A stretch of DNA of 64,000 nucleotides, from assembly GCA_963782815.1 (NCBI GenBank), contig CAWALG010000041.1, forward strand, positions 184,310 through 248,309, given 5' to 3'. Origin of the DNA: an uncultured Acidobacteriota bacterium. GTDB lineage: Bacteria; Acidobacteriota; Thermoanaerobaculia; UBA5066; Gp7-AA6. Below, piece after piece: positions 38,699 to 48,524 of this stretch. The notes below the pieces were generated by a model that had not been told where the DNA came from, did no database searches, and was given only the letters and a program-made list of their open reading frames with translations. The translations under genes were made by a program, and so were the position numbers. Numbering within the stretch: the first letter of the stretch is position 1; the number at the start of each line of letters is the position of its first letter.

Positions 38699-39163
38699 TC
38701 ACAAATCACCGATTCTCTTTCTGATGTAAATCGTCTTTTCGACTTCGGCGTGGACGATTCCCGCGGCGTCGGCCAGATCGACCCTGTAGATGCGGTCAAT
38801 GGACGAGGCGGTCCCGAGGAGGCTGCGGATCGTCCGGATCTCCTCCTCTTCGATCAGGAACCGCGCGTAGAGGGTTCCCCGCCCCGGTTTCCGGAACCGG
38901 ATCGTCGCCGCCTTGTCCCAGACGACGTAGTCCGGGCCGAGGATCTTGATCAGCAGGATCATGTACATGGGGTCCACCGCGCCGTAGAGGCTGCCGCCGA
39001 AGATCGTGCCGACGTAGTTGCGCGTGCGCCAGTTCAGAGGGAGCCGGACACGCGCTTCCCGGAAATCCGACGAGATGTAGGTGATGCGGGCGCCGGTCCC
39101 CCGAAAGGCCGGGAAGAGATTGAAGCCCCATCGCAGCTTCCGGCTCGCAAACGACTCGGTCAT
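38699..39163 (-). CDS. DUF4442 (YiiD C-terminal, hot-dog thioesterase-like) protein
   Basis: Intact 154 aa with WRTRNYVGTIFGGSLYGAVDPMYMILL. Convergent with zero gap to the cupin gene. Confidence 0.55.
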   Translation of the reverse strand: MTESFASRKLRWGFNLFPAFRGTGARITYISSDFREARVRLPLNWRTRNYVGTIFGGSLYGAVDPMYMILLIKILGPDYVVWDKAATIRFRKPGRGTLYARFLIEEEEIRTIRSLLGTASSIDRIYRVDLADAAGIVHAEVEKTIYIRKRIGDL

Positions 39164-39175
39164 CCGGCGAAAATC

Positions 39176-40767
39176 CTACGGCGGTTCGACGGCCAGGCTC
39201 GGGTCGTAGAGCGCGAACGCCAGCAGGCGGCCGCCGGCGCCCGGCCCTTCGGGAACGCCCGGCGAATCGGTCTCGAACTCGATCTTCCCGCGTCCGCCCG
39301 GAAGCCGCAGGGGCACCGACTGCCGCGGCGTGAAGTCCGCGCCGACGCTCGCTCGCCAGATCTCGCGGCCGTCCTGACGGGCGATCAGGACGCGCGGCGC
39401 GAGACTGCGAACGCGGAACTCCAGGCGAGCCGCCGCCGCGCGCGCGGGCCAGGCCTCGAGCGTGACCGAGGAGCGGCCGCGGCTCCACGCCCACGTCGTG
39501 CCGGAGCCCCGCTCCATGCCGTACCAGCCGTCTCCCAGTCGAGCCACGCACGCGATGCCGCCGGCGCGCGCGGCCGCGATCTCGGTGGGATCGCGGGGGA
39601 CGTCCTCCAGAGCGCAGAATCCCGCCACAACGGTGAGGTTGCCGGCGAGCAGCCACCAGAGCGGAGCGCGCGCGCGGAGGACTAAGACGTTGAACGCGAG
39701 GTTCAGCGGCAGGAGCACGCGCGTCGCGGCGCCGGGGAGCCCTTCCCAGACGGCGGGGCCGAGGAAGAGGAAGAGCGCGGCGAAGCCGGCCCCGACGCGC
39801 CACCACCGTTCCTGCCAGCGTGGGCGCGCCAGGAAGAACGCCGCCTGGACCGTCAGCCCGACCGTCGCGAGCAGCGTCGCCCAGACGAGGAGATCGCCCC
39901 CGGTCGAGAGCGCCGCGAACGTCTCGGTCCATTTTCCGATCCAGGCCTGCAGGGGCCAGGCGAAGTTGCGCGTTCCGGCTCCACCGGGGCCGATGCGCCA
40001 GCGGATGTAGGCGATCCAGGCCGCGAGCGGCGCCGCGGCGATCACGGCCGCCGGCGGCGTTTCGCTTCGAGAGCCAGGGGCGCTCCCAGAACCCGGGGAG
40101 CGCCAGGAGCGACGTCTCCCGCGCCAGGCCGGCGGCTGCCAGCGCGCCGAGCGCCGCGCCGCGGCGGCCGCGTTCCAGCGCGAGCATCGCGCCGGCCAGG
40201 ACCGCCAGCGCGACGAGATCGGGAAGCGCCAGGCGCACGCTGTAGAGCGCGCCCGCGGAGAAGAGCAGGCCGGCCCACGCGATCCATCCGCGCGCGTCGC
40301 TCGACCCGGAGGAGGCTCCAGAGCCACGCGCCGAGCAGGAGCCACGCGGCGACGTTCAAGAGCGAGTAGACGTGGACGATCCATGCCGGGTTTCCCAGGG
40401 CGATCCCCCACGCCAGGAGCGGCGCGAGGATCCGGCGCGCGCGGTAGGGGATGCTGTCCACCGCCCGCGCGAGCTCCGCGGCGGTCAGCGAGGGGTGGTA
40501 GGCGATCTGCGCGTAGAAGAGGCCGTCGTAGCCGCCGCTCTCGCGATCGACGAAGACCGGCATCGCGCGGAACGCCTCGATCTTGATGTTGTCGTTGGAG
40601 GAGTCGAGCTGGAGGAACCTGGTGAACCCGTAAACCGGATGCCAGAACCGCGCGACGAGCCAGAGAAACAGCAGGACGGCGGCGAGCCCCGCGGCCCGCA
40701 CGGGCCACCGGCCCCGAGTCGCGGGCGCGGTCGCGGTCACGCCGGATTCGGCCATCTGGTCGGTCAA
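39176..40767 (-). CDS. Polytopic integral membrane protein of unknown function; frameshifted (at least 2)
   Basis: Three ORF pieces read as real TM protein: 40767 frame (HPVYGFTRFLQLDSSNDNIKIEAFRAMPVFVDRESGGYDGLFYAQIAYHPSL), 40238 frame (LALPDLVALAVLAGAMLALE...), 40777 frame from about 40065 (AAWIAYIRWRIGPG...LLAGNLTVVAGFCALEDV...). C-terminal soluble domain. Confidence 0.45.
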
Positions 40768-40805
40768 GATATGCCACGCAGGCGCGCCCGGGTTATCCTT
40801 CCGGC

Positions 40806-41841
40806 ATGAGTTCCGGCCCCGGATATCTGGAGTTGCTCGCGTCGGGCGAGCTCGAGCGGCGCGTGGAGCGGCTCTACGGCCTGCTCGCTTCCTGCACCGT
40901 CTGCCCGCGCGACTGCGGCAACAACCGGCTGGAGAACGTGCTCGCCTCCTGCGCCTCGGGACTCCATCCGGTCGTGTCCTCGTACACGGCGCATTTCGGG
41001 GAGGAGCCGGCGCTCTCGGGAACGAGGGGAGCCGGGAACATCTTCTTCGGAAACTGCAACCTGCGGTGCGTCTACTGCCAGAACTACCAGATCAGCCAGG
41101 ATTTCGCCGCGCAGCGGAAGAACGAGGTCACGGTCGAGCGGCTGGCGGAGATGATGCTGGAGCTCCAGGAGCGCGGCTGCCACAACATCGGCCTCGTCTC
41201 GCCGACGCACTACGCCCCGCAGGCGGCGAAGGCGATCCTGCTCGCGGCGCGCGAGGGGCTGCGCCTCCCGATCGTGTACAACACCAACGCCTACGATTCC
41301 GTCGAGGTCCTGAGGCTCCTCGACGGCATCGTGGACGTCTATCTGCCGGACTTCAAGTACGCCGACTCCGCCTCGGGCTGGCTCTACTCGAAGGTGCCGG
41401 ACTATGCCGAGCGCTCCCGCGCGGCGCTCATCGAGATGTACCGGCAGAAGGGCTCCGGCTCTCCTCTTCAACGAGGAAGGACTGCTCGCGAGCGGCCTGC
41501 TCGTCCGCATGCTCGTCCTCCCCGAAAACGCGGCCGGCATCGCCGAGTCCCTGGCCTGGATCGCGGAGACTCTGTCACCCCGGGTCGCGATCTCCCTGAT
41601 GTCCCAGTACTACCCGATCCACCGCGCGGCCTCCAACGAGAAGTACTCGGCCCTCTCGCGCTCGATCACGGCGGCGGAGTGGGAGGAGGCGCTCGCCGCG
41701 CTCGAAGCCAATGGAATGGAGAACGGCTACCACCAGGAATTCGAAACCGCCAACAAGTACTACCGCCCCGACTTCCGCGACCGGGAGACTCCGTTCCGCG
41801 ACATCCGCGATTTCCGGGAATCGAGGGAATCCAGCGGCTAG
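40806..41841 (+). CDS. Radical SAM protein, COG1313/PflX-like (putative pyruvate-formate-lyase-activating-enzyme family); 1 frameshift near 41460
   Basis: FGNCNLRCVYCQNYQIS CxxxCxxC cluster, GCHNIGLVSPTHY. C-terminus LLVRMLVLPENAAGIAESLAW...SQYYPIHRA in the second frame. Confidence 0.7.
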
Positions 41842-41854
41842 TTTCCTGAGTCCA

Positions 41855-41970
41855 TTCCGTCATCCCTTCGCGCTCTCCCTGTCATCCTGAGCGAAGCGAA
41901 GGATCTGCTCTCGCGTTTCCAACACTTCGGGAGCAGATCCCTCGTCGCTTCGCTCCTCGGGATGACAGGG
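41855..41970. repeat. Palindromic repeat, family A
   Basis: ccctgtcatcctgagcgaagcgaaggatctgctc ... gagcagatccctcgtcgcttcgctcctcgggatgacaggg. Confidence 0.8.
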
Positions 41971-42019
41971 CAGGGCGTTGAGACCGGTGGCTCGTTCGGC
42001 AGATTTCCAGCGCAGCCCA

Positions 42020-42948
42020 TTAGAAGAGTCTTCTCTGCGGCTCGGTCGCCGCGGCGGTCGTGACGGGGACCAGCGCCGGGTAGGTCTCGCGCAGCGTCTC
42101 GGGCACGTCGCGGGTCTCGCCGGTCAGGGCCATCTGGAGCTGGATCGCGTTGGCGACGGCCTGGCCGCGGAAGTGGTTGTTCAGGATGACGTACACGCCG
42201 CGCGCCGCGGCGTCGTCCTTGCCTGCTGAGGCCATGTTCTCGGCCGCCTGCCGGATCCGGCCGGCCCACGGGGTCAGCTCTTTCTCGGAGTAGAGGTAGT
42301 TGTAGCGCTGCTCGTTGGACGTGTCGGGGCCGAACCATTTGCGCGGCGTTGCGCCCGTGGAAGCGGTAGTAGGCGAGCGGCGCGGTGACGTGGCTCGTCG
42401 GCGGGAGGTTGCCGTCGAGCCGCGGCTGGTCGATGTTGACGAAGGCCGCGCGACGGCGGGCGAGCAGGTCGAGAGTCTCCTCCGTGTCCCAGGACGCGTG
42501 CCGGAACTCGACGGCGAGCGGAAAGTCCGAGAACTTCTCGAGGAGGTCCTCCAGCCAGCGCGCGGTTCTCGCCGGAGTTGTGGAAGGAGAACGGGAACTG
42601 GGCGAGGAGGGAGCCCAGGCGGCCCGCCTGCGCGAGCGGCTCGCGCCGCCTGCGCGAAGGCCTTCTCGGTCCTCCGCGCCGGACTTGCGCTCGTGCGTGA
42701 AGCCGCGGAAGAGCTTGGCGGTGAAGGCGAACCGGCGATTGTGCGCGACGCGACGCGCCCAGTCGGCCGTCATGCGCGGCGTCGGGATGCGGTAGAAGCT
42801 CGAGTTGATCTCGTTGGTGTCGAAGAGAGAAGCCATCAGGCCGAGCCGGTCGAAGCCGCGCGCGCGGCCGCGCCGGATAGACGATGGAGTTCCAGTCCTC
42901 GTAGGACCAACCCGCCGTGCCCACCCGAATCGGGACCGCGGGAGGCAT
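42020..42948 (-). CDS. DUF72 (UPF0759, YecE-like) protein; at least 3 frameshifts
   Basis: N-terminus MPPAVPIRVGTAGWSYEDWNSIVYP, middle LFDTNEINSSFYRIPTPRMTADWARRVAHNRRFAFTAKLFRGFTHE and FPLAVEFRHASWDTEETLDLLARRRAAFVNID in the 43910 frame, C-terminus GVYVILNNHFRGQAVANAIQL in ORF 42020..42235. Confidence 0.6.
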
Positions 42949-42958
42949 CTCTCGCCCG

Positions 42959-43834
42959 CTATTTCTTGGGCTTGGCCGCCGGCGTCGCGGTGCGTGGCGG
43001 CGCCTTGGGCCTCAAGCTCGGGGGCGCCGCCGCCTCGCTCGTCGGGGGAGGCGGTCCCTTGCCCGGCAGGACGAACTGGTAGTGCTCCGGGTCTCCCGCC
43101 AGCCAGAACTGCCCGCCTCCGGCGTCCTTCGCGTCTGCCTGGAATCGCATCAGCCAGACCCCGTCTTCCCAGTCGGCGCCGACCGCCGGCGTGAACGTGA
43201 TCTTGACCTCCGCGGCCTTCGGGTTGACGGACACCAGCTCTTCGTGGAACAGGAGCCGCCTCCCCTTTGGCGAGACCGCCTCGACGGTGACGTTGACCTT
43301 TCGGGGCTTCGGATCGGGAGAAACGTCGAGAACGGCCTCCACTCTCACGCGTTGATCCGCTCCACGCCGGATCGGGAATCCGTCCGGCGCCTTCGCCTTG
43401 CCCGACGCGTCGGCGGGGAAGACCGCGAGGTCTCCGAGGATCGGGCTCGAGATCTCGCCGTGGTTCTTTCCTTCGAGCCGGAAGCGCACGGCGATGTTGG
43501 CCGCGATCTCGACCGGCTTGCCGTCGCGACGGGCCGGTCGCAACTCCCAGGCATTGACCGCGGCCACGGCCGGCTCGACGAACCCGTCGAGCGTCGCGCC
43601 CACGAAGCGCAGGTCCTGCACCTTCCCCTTCGGGTCGATCCGGCCGATCAGGTTGACGTTGCCCTGCCGCAATCCCTTGTTCAGGTTCTCCGGATAAACG
43701 GGCTTGGGCTGCTTCAGGAGCTGCGCGCCCGTCGTCTGAGCGCGCCGAGCGCAGACGAGGACCAGGGCCGGAAGCAGAGACGGAATCGGCAGACGACGAG
43801 CACGCGTCCCGTCTCCGTTCCCGTTTCGGCTCAT
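42959..43834 (-). CDS. Secreted TonB C-terminal-domain-like protein with Pro/Ala-rich C-terminal tail
   Basis: Signal peptide [53 protein letters not shown]...[36 protein letters not shown] matches the TonB_C fold. ATGA overlap with the lipA end. Confidence 0.6.
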   Translation of the reverse strand: MSRNGNGDGTRARRLPIPSLLPALVLVCARRAQTTGAQLLKQPKPVYPENLNKGLRQGNVNLIGRIDPKGKVQDLRFVGATLDGFVEPAVAAVNAWELRPARRDGKPVEIAANIAVRFRLEGKNHGEISSPILGDLAVFPADASGKAKAPDGFPIRRGADQRVRVEAVLDVSPDPKPRKVNVTVEAVSPKGRRLLFHEELVSVNPKAAEVKITFTPAVGADWEDGVWLMRFQADAKDAGGGQFWLAGDPEHYQFVLPGKGPPPPTSEAAAPPSLRPKAPPRTATPAAKPKK

Positions 43835-44781
43835 TGGAGCGCCCTCCGGGCGTGGTAGGAGGAGCGGACGAGCGGCCCCGATTCGACGAGCTGGAAACCC
43901 ATGGCCTCACCCTCTCTCCGGAGGAGGTCGAACTCCTCCGGCGTGTAGTACTTCTCGACCGGAAGCCGGCGCTCGTGGGGCTGGAGGTACTGGCCGACGG
44001 TGGCGATGTCGCATCCGGCGCCGCGCAAGTCGGCGAGCGTCGCGAGGAGCTCCTCCGTCGTCTCGCCGAGGCCCGCCATCACGCCGGACTTGGTCTTCAT
44101 CGGCGCGCCGGTCTCGCGCCGGAAGGCGTCGGCGCGCGCGAGCAGCTCGAGCGACCGCTCGTAGCGCGCCTGCGGTCGGACGCGGTGGTAGAGGCGCGGG
44201 ACCGTCTCGGTATTGTGGTTCAGGATCTCCGGGCGCGCGTCGAGCACGAGATCGAGCGCGTCCCGGTTCCCGCAGAAATCCGGGATCAGGACCTCGACCG
44301 TGCAGCCGGGAAGGCGGCGCCGGATCGCGCGGATCGTCGAGACGAAATGCGCGGCGCCTCCGTCCGCGAGGTCGTCGCGGTTGACGGAGGTCACGACCGC
44401 GTGGGAGAGCGACAACTCCGCCGCGGCCTGCGCGACGCGCTCCGGCTCCTCCGGGTCGAGCGAGCCGGGGCGCCCCTTGCCGACCGCGCAGAACCCGCAG
44501 GTGCGCGTGCAGATGTCCCCCATCAGCATGAACGTCGCCGTCCGCTCCCGCGCCCAGCACTCGTGGATGTTGGGGCAGCGCGCCTCCTCGCAGACGGTCA
44601 CGAGCGACAGCCGCCGCATCATGTCGCGGACCTCTTCGTACTCCCCGGTCGTCGAGAGCCGCACCTTCAGCCACGGCGGCCGCTCCAGGCGCGAAGGCCG
44701 GCGCTCCAGGACGGGCAGGCTCGCTCCCTCTCCCCCCGGGAGAGGGTAGGGGTGAGGGCCTTCGACTCGCGAGACTCCCAT
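43831..44781 (-). CDS. lipA: Lipoyl synthase LipA (reads in frame with upstream lipB, no intervening stop)
   Basis: [31 protein letters not shown] (radical SAM plus auxiliary cluster cysteines), C-terminus [10 protein letters not shown]. Putative M at 44781. N-terminal region contains the family C palindrome. Confidence 0.8.
   Translation of the reverse strand: MGVSRVEGPHPYPLPGGEGASLPVLERRPSRLERPPWLKVRLSTTGEYEEVRDMMRRLSLVTVCEEARCPNIHECWARERTATFMLMGDICTRTCGFCAVGKGRPGSLDPEEPERVAQAAAELSLSHAVVTSVNRDDLADGGAAHFVSTIRAIRRRLPGCTVEVLIPDFCGNRDALDLVLDARPEILNHNTETVPRLYHRVRPQARYERSLELLARADAFRRETGAPMKTKSGVMAGLGETTEELLATLADLRGAGCDIATVGQYLQPHERRLPVEKYYTPEEFDLLRREGEAMGFQLVESGPLVRSSYHARRALQ
44725..44760. repeat. 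GC-rich palindrome, family C, inside the lipB-lipA junction
   Basis: ccctctccccccgggagagggtaggggtgagggc, translated as ...[12 protein letters not shown]... in the continuous ORF. Confidence 0.75.
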
Positions 44782-45459
44782 CACCCGATTATCTCCCGTC
44801 GGAAGACCTCGCCGAACCGCGCTCGAACCCCTTCCGCGACATCGGTGAGCGCAAGACGCTTTGCCGAGGGCGCGCTCCATCGAGGTGACTCCGCCGTCGG
44901 CGATCCCGCAGGGAACGATGCCGCGGAAATTCTCGAGCGGCTCGTCCGTCACGTTCAGGGCGAAACCGTGCGTCGCGATCCACCGGGAGAGGTGCACTCC
45001 GATCGCGGCGATCTTGTCGTTGCCGACCCAGACCGACGTGACCCGCTCGGGGAGGGCGGAGCGGCCGGCGGCGACCCCGAAGTCCGCGAGCGTGCGGATC
45101 AGGACCTCCTCGAGGTCCGTGACGTAGCGCTTGACGTCCCGGCGATCCGGCGAAAGGTCGACGATCGGATAGCCGACGAGCTGCCCCGGGCCGTGGTAGG
45201 TCACCTTGCCTCCGCGGTCGGTCTCGCGGATCTGAATGCCGAGCTCCCGGCATCGCTCGGGAGTGAAGAGGATGTCGGAAGCGGACGCGTTGCGGCCAAG
45301 CGTAAACACCGGCTCGTGCTCGAGCAGGAAGAGCGTTTCCTCGCCGCCGGCGGCGACGCGCCGCGCCGCGCCTTCCTGAAGCGCCAGCGCCTCGTCATAT
45401 CCGATCCGGCCGAGCCATTCCGCCCTGACGGTCCGCCGCTCCGCAATCGCTTCCATCAC
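44782..45459 (-). CDS. lipB: Octanoyl/lipoyl-(acyl-carrier-protein)-protein transferase LipB (continuous ORF with lipA)
   Basis: [62 protein letters not shown] typical LipB. The single 542-aa ORF 43831..45459 covers both proteins. Confidence 0.75.
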
Positions 45460-45465
45460 GACAGT

Positions 45466-46671
45466 CTACCCGCGGACCAGAGCCCGGGAGCCCTGCCAGG
45501 AGAGCGCTCCGGAAACGCCGTAGAGGAGGAGCACGGGGTCCCAGTACGGGACTCTGTATCGCCAGACGACGAGGATCGCGACGTGCGCGGCCATCGTGAG
45601 AAGGAGAAACGCGAGCGAGAAGGCGCGGACGCCGGAGCGGGAAGGAGCCGCGAGGCCGGCCACGGCGAGAAGAGTCAGGCCGGTGTAGAAGAGCCCGACC
45701 GTCCAGACGATCCAGCCCGGCCAGAAGAGCGGGTTCGGGTACGGGCGCAGCCAGTCCCAGGTCTTGTGCAACAGGAGTTTCGCCCATCCGGCCGGGTCGC
45801 CGCGGCGTTGCTCGAGAGTCCTGCGAAGGAAGTCGCGCGATTTTGCCGAAGGGGAGCGCGGCGCGGCAGCTTCGATGGCCCGGGTCTGGCGCTCCAGGTC
45901 CGCGAACATCGCGGCGCTCCAGTCCCGGTATTCCCCGGCGCTCTTCAACTCGTAGAAGCGGACCATCCAGTCGGAGTTGCCCTGGTAGAACGCGCTGCCG
46001 CCGGCGTCGTTGACCGGGACGAGCTCGCGATAGACGACGGCGTTGCGCAGCGTCCAGGGCGCGAGCGTGAGAAGAAACCCGAGGAGCGCGGAGGCCGCGA
46101 GGTGCGACCGGACCCGAACCGGATAGCGGCGGTCGAGGAGCGGGGCGGCCAGCAGCGGCGCGAGGAAGAGCGCGGAGGGCCGAGTCAGCGCAGCGAGGGC
46201 GAGGGCCGCGCCGGCGAGGAGCGCGAGGTTCGAGGAGGGGCGATCGGTCGAAACGAGCAGCAGCCAGCCCGCTGCGAGAAGCAGGACGAGGAACAAAGGC
46301 TCGCTCTGGATGTCGGTCGAGAGAAAGACGAAGCCGGGATGGACCGCGGCGGCGGCTCCGGTCGCCAGCGCGACGCCCCGGCGGCGGAAGATCCGCGCCG
46401 AGAGAGAGGCGAGCACGACCGCCGCGAGCGCGCCGAGCGCGGCGTTGGCGATCTTGGCGAGCGCGATCCGGTCGGGATGCCCGAGCGTCGCCGCGATCAG
46501 GAAAACGGGATACCCCGGCGCCCGGAAGTAGAACGGCTCCGTCGCCAGCGGGTAGTGCCCCGTCCGGACCAGCTCCTGCGCCGCGAAGAGGTAGGCCCGC
46601 GCGTCCCCGAAGCGAAGCGTCTGAAAGCCCACGACGGCGATCGCCGCCAGGCGCACGGCGAGGGCGAGCAA
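45466..46671 (-). CDS. GT-C glycosyltransferase, ArnT/PMT (GT39/GT83)-like, about 400 aa
   Basis: Eleven-plus TM helices. FGDARAYLFAAQELVRTGHYP, RAPGYPVFLIAATL resemble the N-terminal loop of the ArnT/PMT family. Start possibly upstream of 46671. Confidence 0.6.
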   Translation of the reverse strand: MLALAVRLAAIAVVGFQTLRFGDARAYLFAAQELVRTGHYPLATEPFYFRAPGYPVFLIAATLGHPDRIALAKIANAALGALAAVVLASLSARIFRRRGVALATGAAAAVHPGFVFLSTDIQSEPLFLVLLLAAGWLLLVSTDRPSSNLALLAGAALALAALTRPSALFLAPLLAAPLLDRRYPVRVRSHLAASALLGFLLTLAPWTLRNAVVYRELVPVNDAGGSAFYQGNSDWMVRFYELKSAGEYRDWSAAMFADLERQTRAIEAAAPRSPSAKSRDFLRRTLEQRRGDPAGWAKLLLHKTWDWLRPYPNPLFWPGWIVWTVGLFYTGLTLLAVAGLAAPSRSGVRAFSLAFLLLTMAAHVAILVVWRYRVPYWDPVLLLYGVSGALSWQGSRALVRG

Positions 46672-46772
46672 GAATACGAGGAGAGTCCGGCGCGTCGGCC
46701 GAGCCGAGGAGTCGGCGCAGGTGTCATTCTGAGGCGCAGAGCGCCGAAGAATCTAGCTGCCAGGCAAATCCA

Positions 46773-46885
46773 GGAGCAGGTCCTTCGCTGCGCTCAGGAT
46801 GACAGGGCGGAGCGAGGGGCTCAGGCTGACACCTGGCGCCGGAGACCTGAACCGCAGTCCCCTGACACCTGTTCGCTGACAGCTA
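46773..46885. repeat. Composite repeat: half-copy of family A palindrome (46773..46808) followed by CAGGTGT-family segment (46822..46885)
   Basis: agcaggtccttcgctgcgctcaggatgacaggg; then ctgacacctggcgccggagacctgaaccgcagtcccctgacacctgttcgctgacagc. Confidence 0.6.
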
Positions 46886-48334
46886 CCCCAAATCGAATTC
46901 ACCCTTCTCCAGAGTCTTCTTCACCGAGGCCATGAACTTGTCCGCGTCGGCGCCGTCGATCAGGCGGTGGTCGAAGGAGAGCGCGAGGTAGCCGACGGTG
47001 CGGATGCCCAGCGCGTCGTTGCCCTTCTCGTCGGTCACGACGACCGGGCGCTTCTCGATCGTGCCGACGCCCAGGATCGCGACCTGCGGCTGCGGGATGA
47101 TCGGCGTGCCGAAGAGGGAGCCGAAGACGCCCGGGTTCGTGATCGTGAAGGTCCCGCCGTGGATCTCCTCCGGCTTCAGCTTCTTGCCGCGCGCGCGCTC
47201 CGCGAGGTCCTGCGCCGCCCGCGCGAGGCCGAGGATCGACTTCTCGTCGGCGTTCTTGATGACCGGCACGATCAGTCCCCAGTCGAGCGCCACGGCCATG
47301 CCGAGGTGGACGTCCTTGTGGTAGACGATGTTCTCGCCGTCGATCGAGGCGTTGACCTGCGGGAACTCCTTCAGGGCCTGGACGCAGGCGCGGAAGATGA
47401 ACGGCAGATACGTCAGCTTGACGCCGTTCTTCTGGAGGAACGCGTCCTTGTGCTCGGCGCGCAGCCGCGTGAGCGCCGAGTAGTCCACCTGGAAGACCGT
47501 CGCGACGTGCGCCGACGTGCGCTTGGAGAGCGTCATGTTCTCGGCCGTGATTCGGCGGATCCTCGACATCGCCACGACTTCGTCGCGGTCCGTGACCGCC
47601 ATCGCCGGACGCGGAGCCGGCGGCGGCGCCGCCTGCGGCTCCGCCCTGCCGACTTCGACGGCTTGCGCCTGCGCGCCGGCCGCGGACCTGGCGGGGGCGG
47701 GCGCGGCCGCCACCTTGCGGTTCTCGATGTAGGAGAGGATGTCGTTCTTCGTCACGCGGCTGTGGATCCCCGTTCCCTCGAGCTGCGTGATGTCCACCGC
47801 GTGCTCGGACGCGATCTTGCGCACGAGCGGGGAGGAGCGCCGGCGGATCCGCTCCTCGATCGACTCGACGCGTCCCCCTTCCGGCGCGGCAGCGGGAGGC
47901 GGAGGCGGCGCGGGAGCGGCGGGTTCGGGCGCGGGTTTCTCCATCGGCTTTTCGGCCGCCTTTTCCGGAGCTGTTGCCGCCGGAGACGGCGGTGCCGGAG
48001 GCGCCGGTTTCGCTTCCGCCGGCTGGGGAGCCGCCGGGGCCGCAACGGCCGGAGCGTCCGCGGCCCTGGCCGTGGCGGAGGGCGCGGCCTGTTCGCCGGT
48101 CTCGCCGATCGAGGCCACGACGGTATTGATTGCCACCGTCTGCCCCTCGGCCACCTTGATCTCCAGGAGCGTGCCGGCGACGGGGGACGGGATCTCGGCG
48201 TCCACCTTGTCGGTGGAGATCTCGAAGATCGGCTCGTCCCTCTTGACGGTCTCGCCGACCTTCTTGAGCCACTTCGTGATCGTCCCCTCCGCGATGGATT
48301 CGCCCATCTGCGGCATGATGACGTCGGTTGCCAT
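46883..48334 (-). CDS. 2-oxoacid dehydrogenase E2 component (dihydrolipoyllysine-residue acyltransferase)
   Basis: ATG at 48334 with GGAGG upstream. Lipoyl domain MPQMGESIAEGTITKWLKKVGETVKRDEPIFEISTDKVDAEIPSP, Ala/Pro linker, catalytic domain ending DHRLIDGADADKFM. The listed ORF start 48526 is a spurious extension. Confidence 0.85.
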   Translation of the reverse strand: MATDVIMPQMGESIAEGTITKWLKKVGETVKRDEPIFEISTDKVDAEIPSPVAGTLLEIKVAEGQTVAINTVVASIGETGEQAAPSATARAADAPAVAAPAAPQPAEAKPAPPAPPSPAATAPEKAAEKPMEKPAPEPAAPAPPPPPAAAPEGGRVESIEERIRRRSSPLVRKIASEHAVDITQLEGTGIHSRVTKNDILSYIENRKVAAAPAPARSAAGAQAQAVEVGRAEPQAAPPPAPRPAMAVTDRDEVVAMSRIRRITAENMTLSKRTSAHVATVFQVDYSALTRLRAEHKDAFLQKNGVKLTYLPFIFRACVQALKEFPQVNASIDGENIVYHKDVHLGMAVALDWGLIVPVIKNADEKSILGLARAAQDLAERARGKKLKPEEIHGGTFTITNPGVFGSLFGTPIIPQPQVAILGVGTIEKRPVVVTDEKGNDALGIRTVGYLALSFDHRLIDGADADKFMASVKKTLEKGEFDLG

Positions 48335-48524
48335 ACGCCTCCTCTCGACGAAAACAGCCTCGACATCAACAGAATAGCATCCGACGCAATCGCGAACGGC
48401 AAATCCGGCCGGGCGGCCGCCGCGCGTTCTCCACCGTTCACCGGCGCGGCGCCACCGTTGGCCGAAGAAGGCGGGACATGCCGCCGCGGCGCGCGTAACT
48501 TCATGGCGAGGAGGTGGAGCCAAC

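Noticed and set aside
43834-46935. 1033-aa plus-strand ORF
   Set aside because: Antisense to lipA, lipB and the GT-C gene. RE-rich translation, no motifs.
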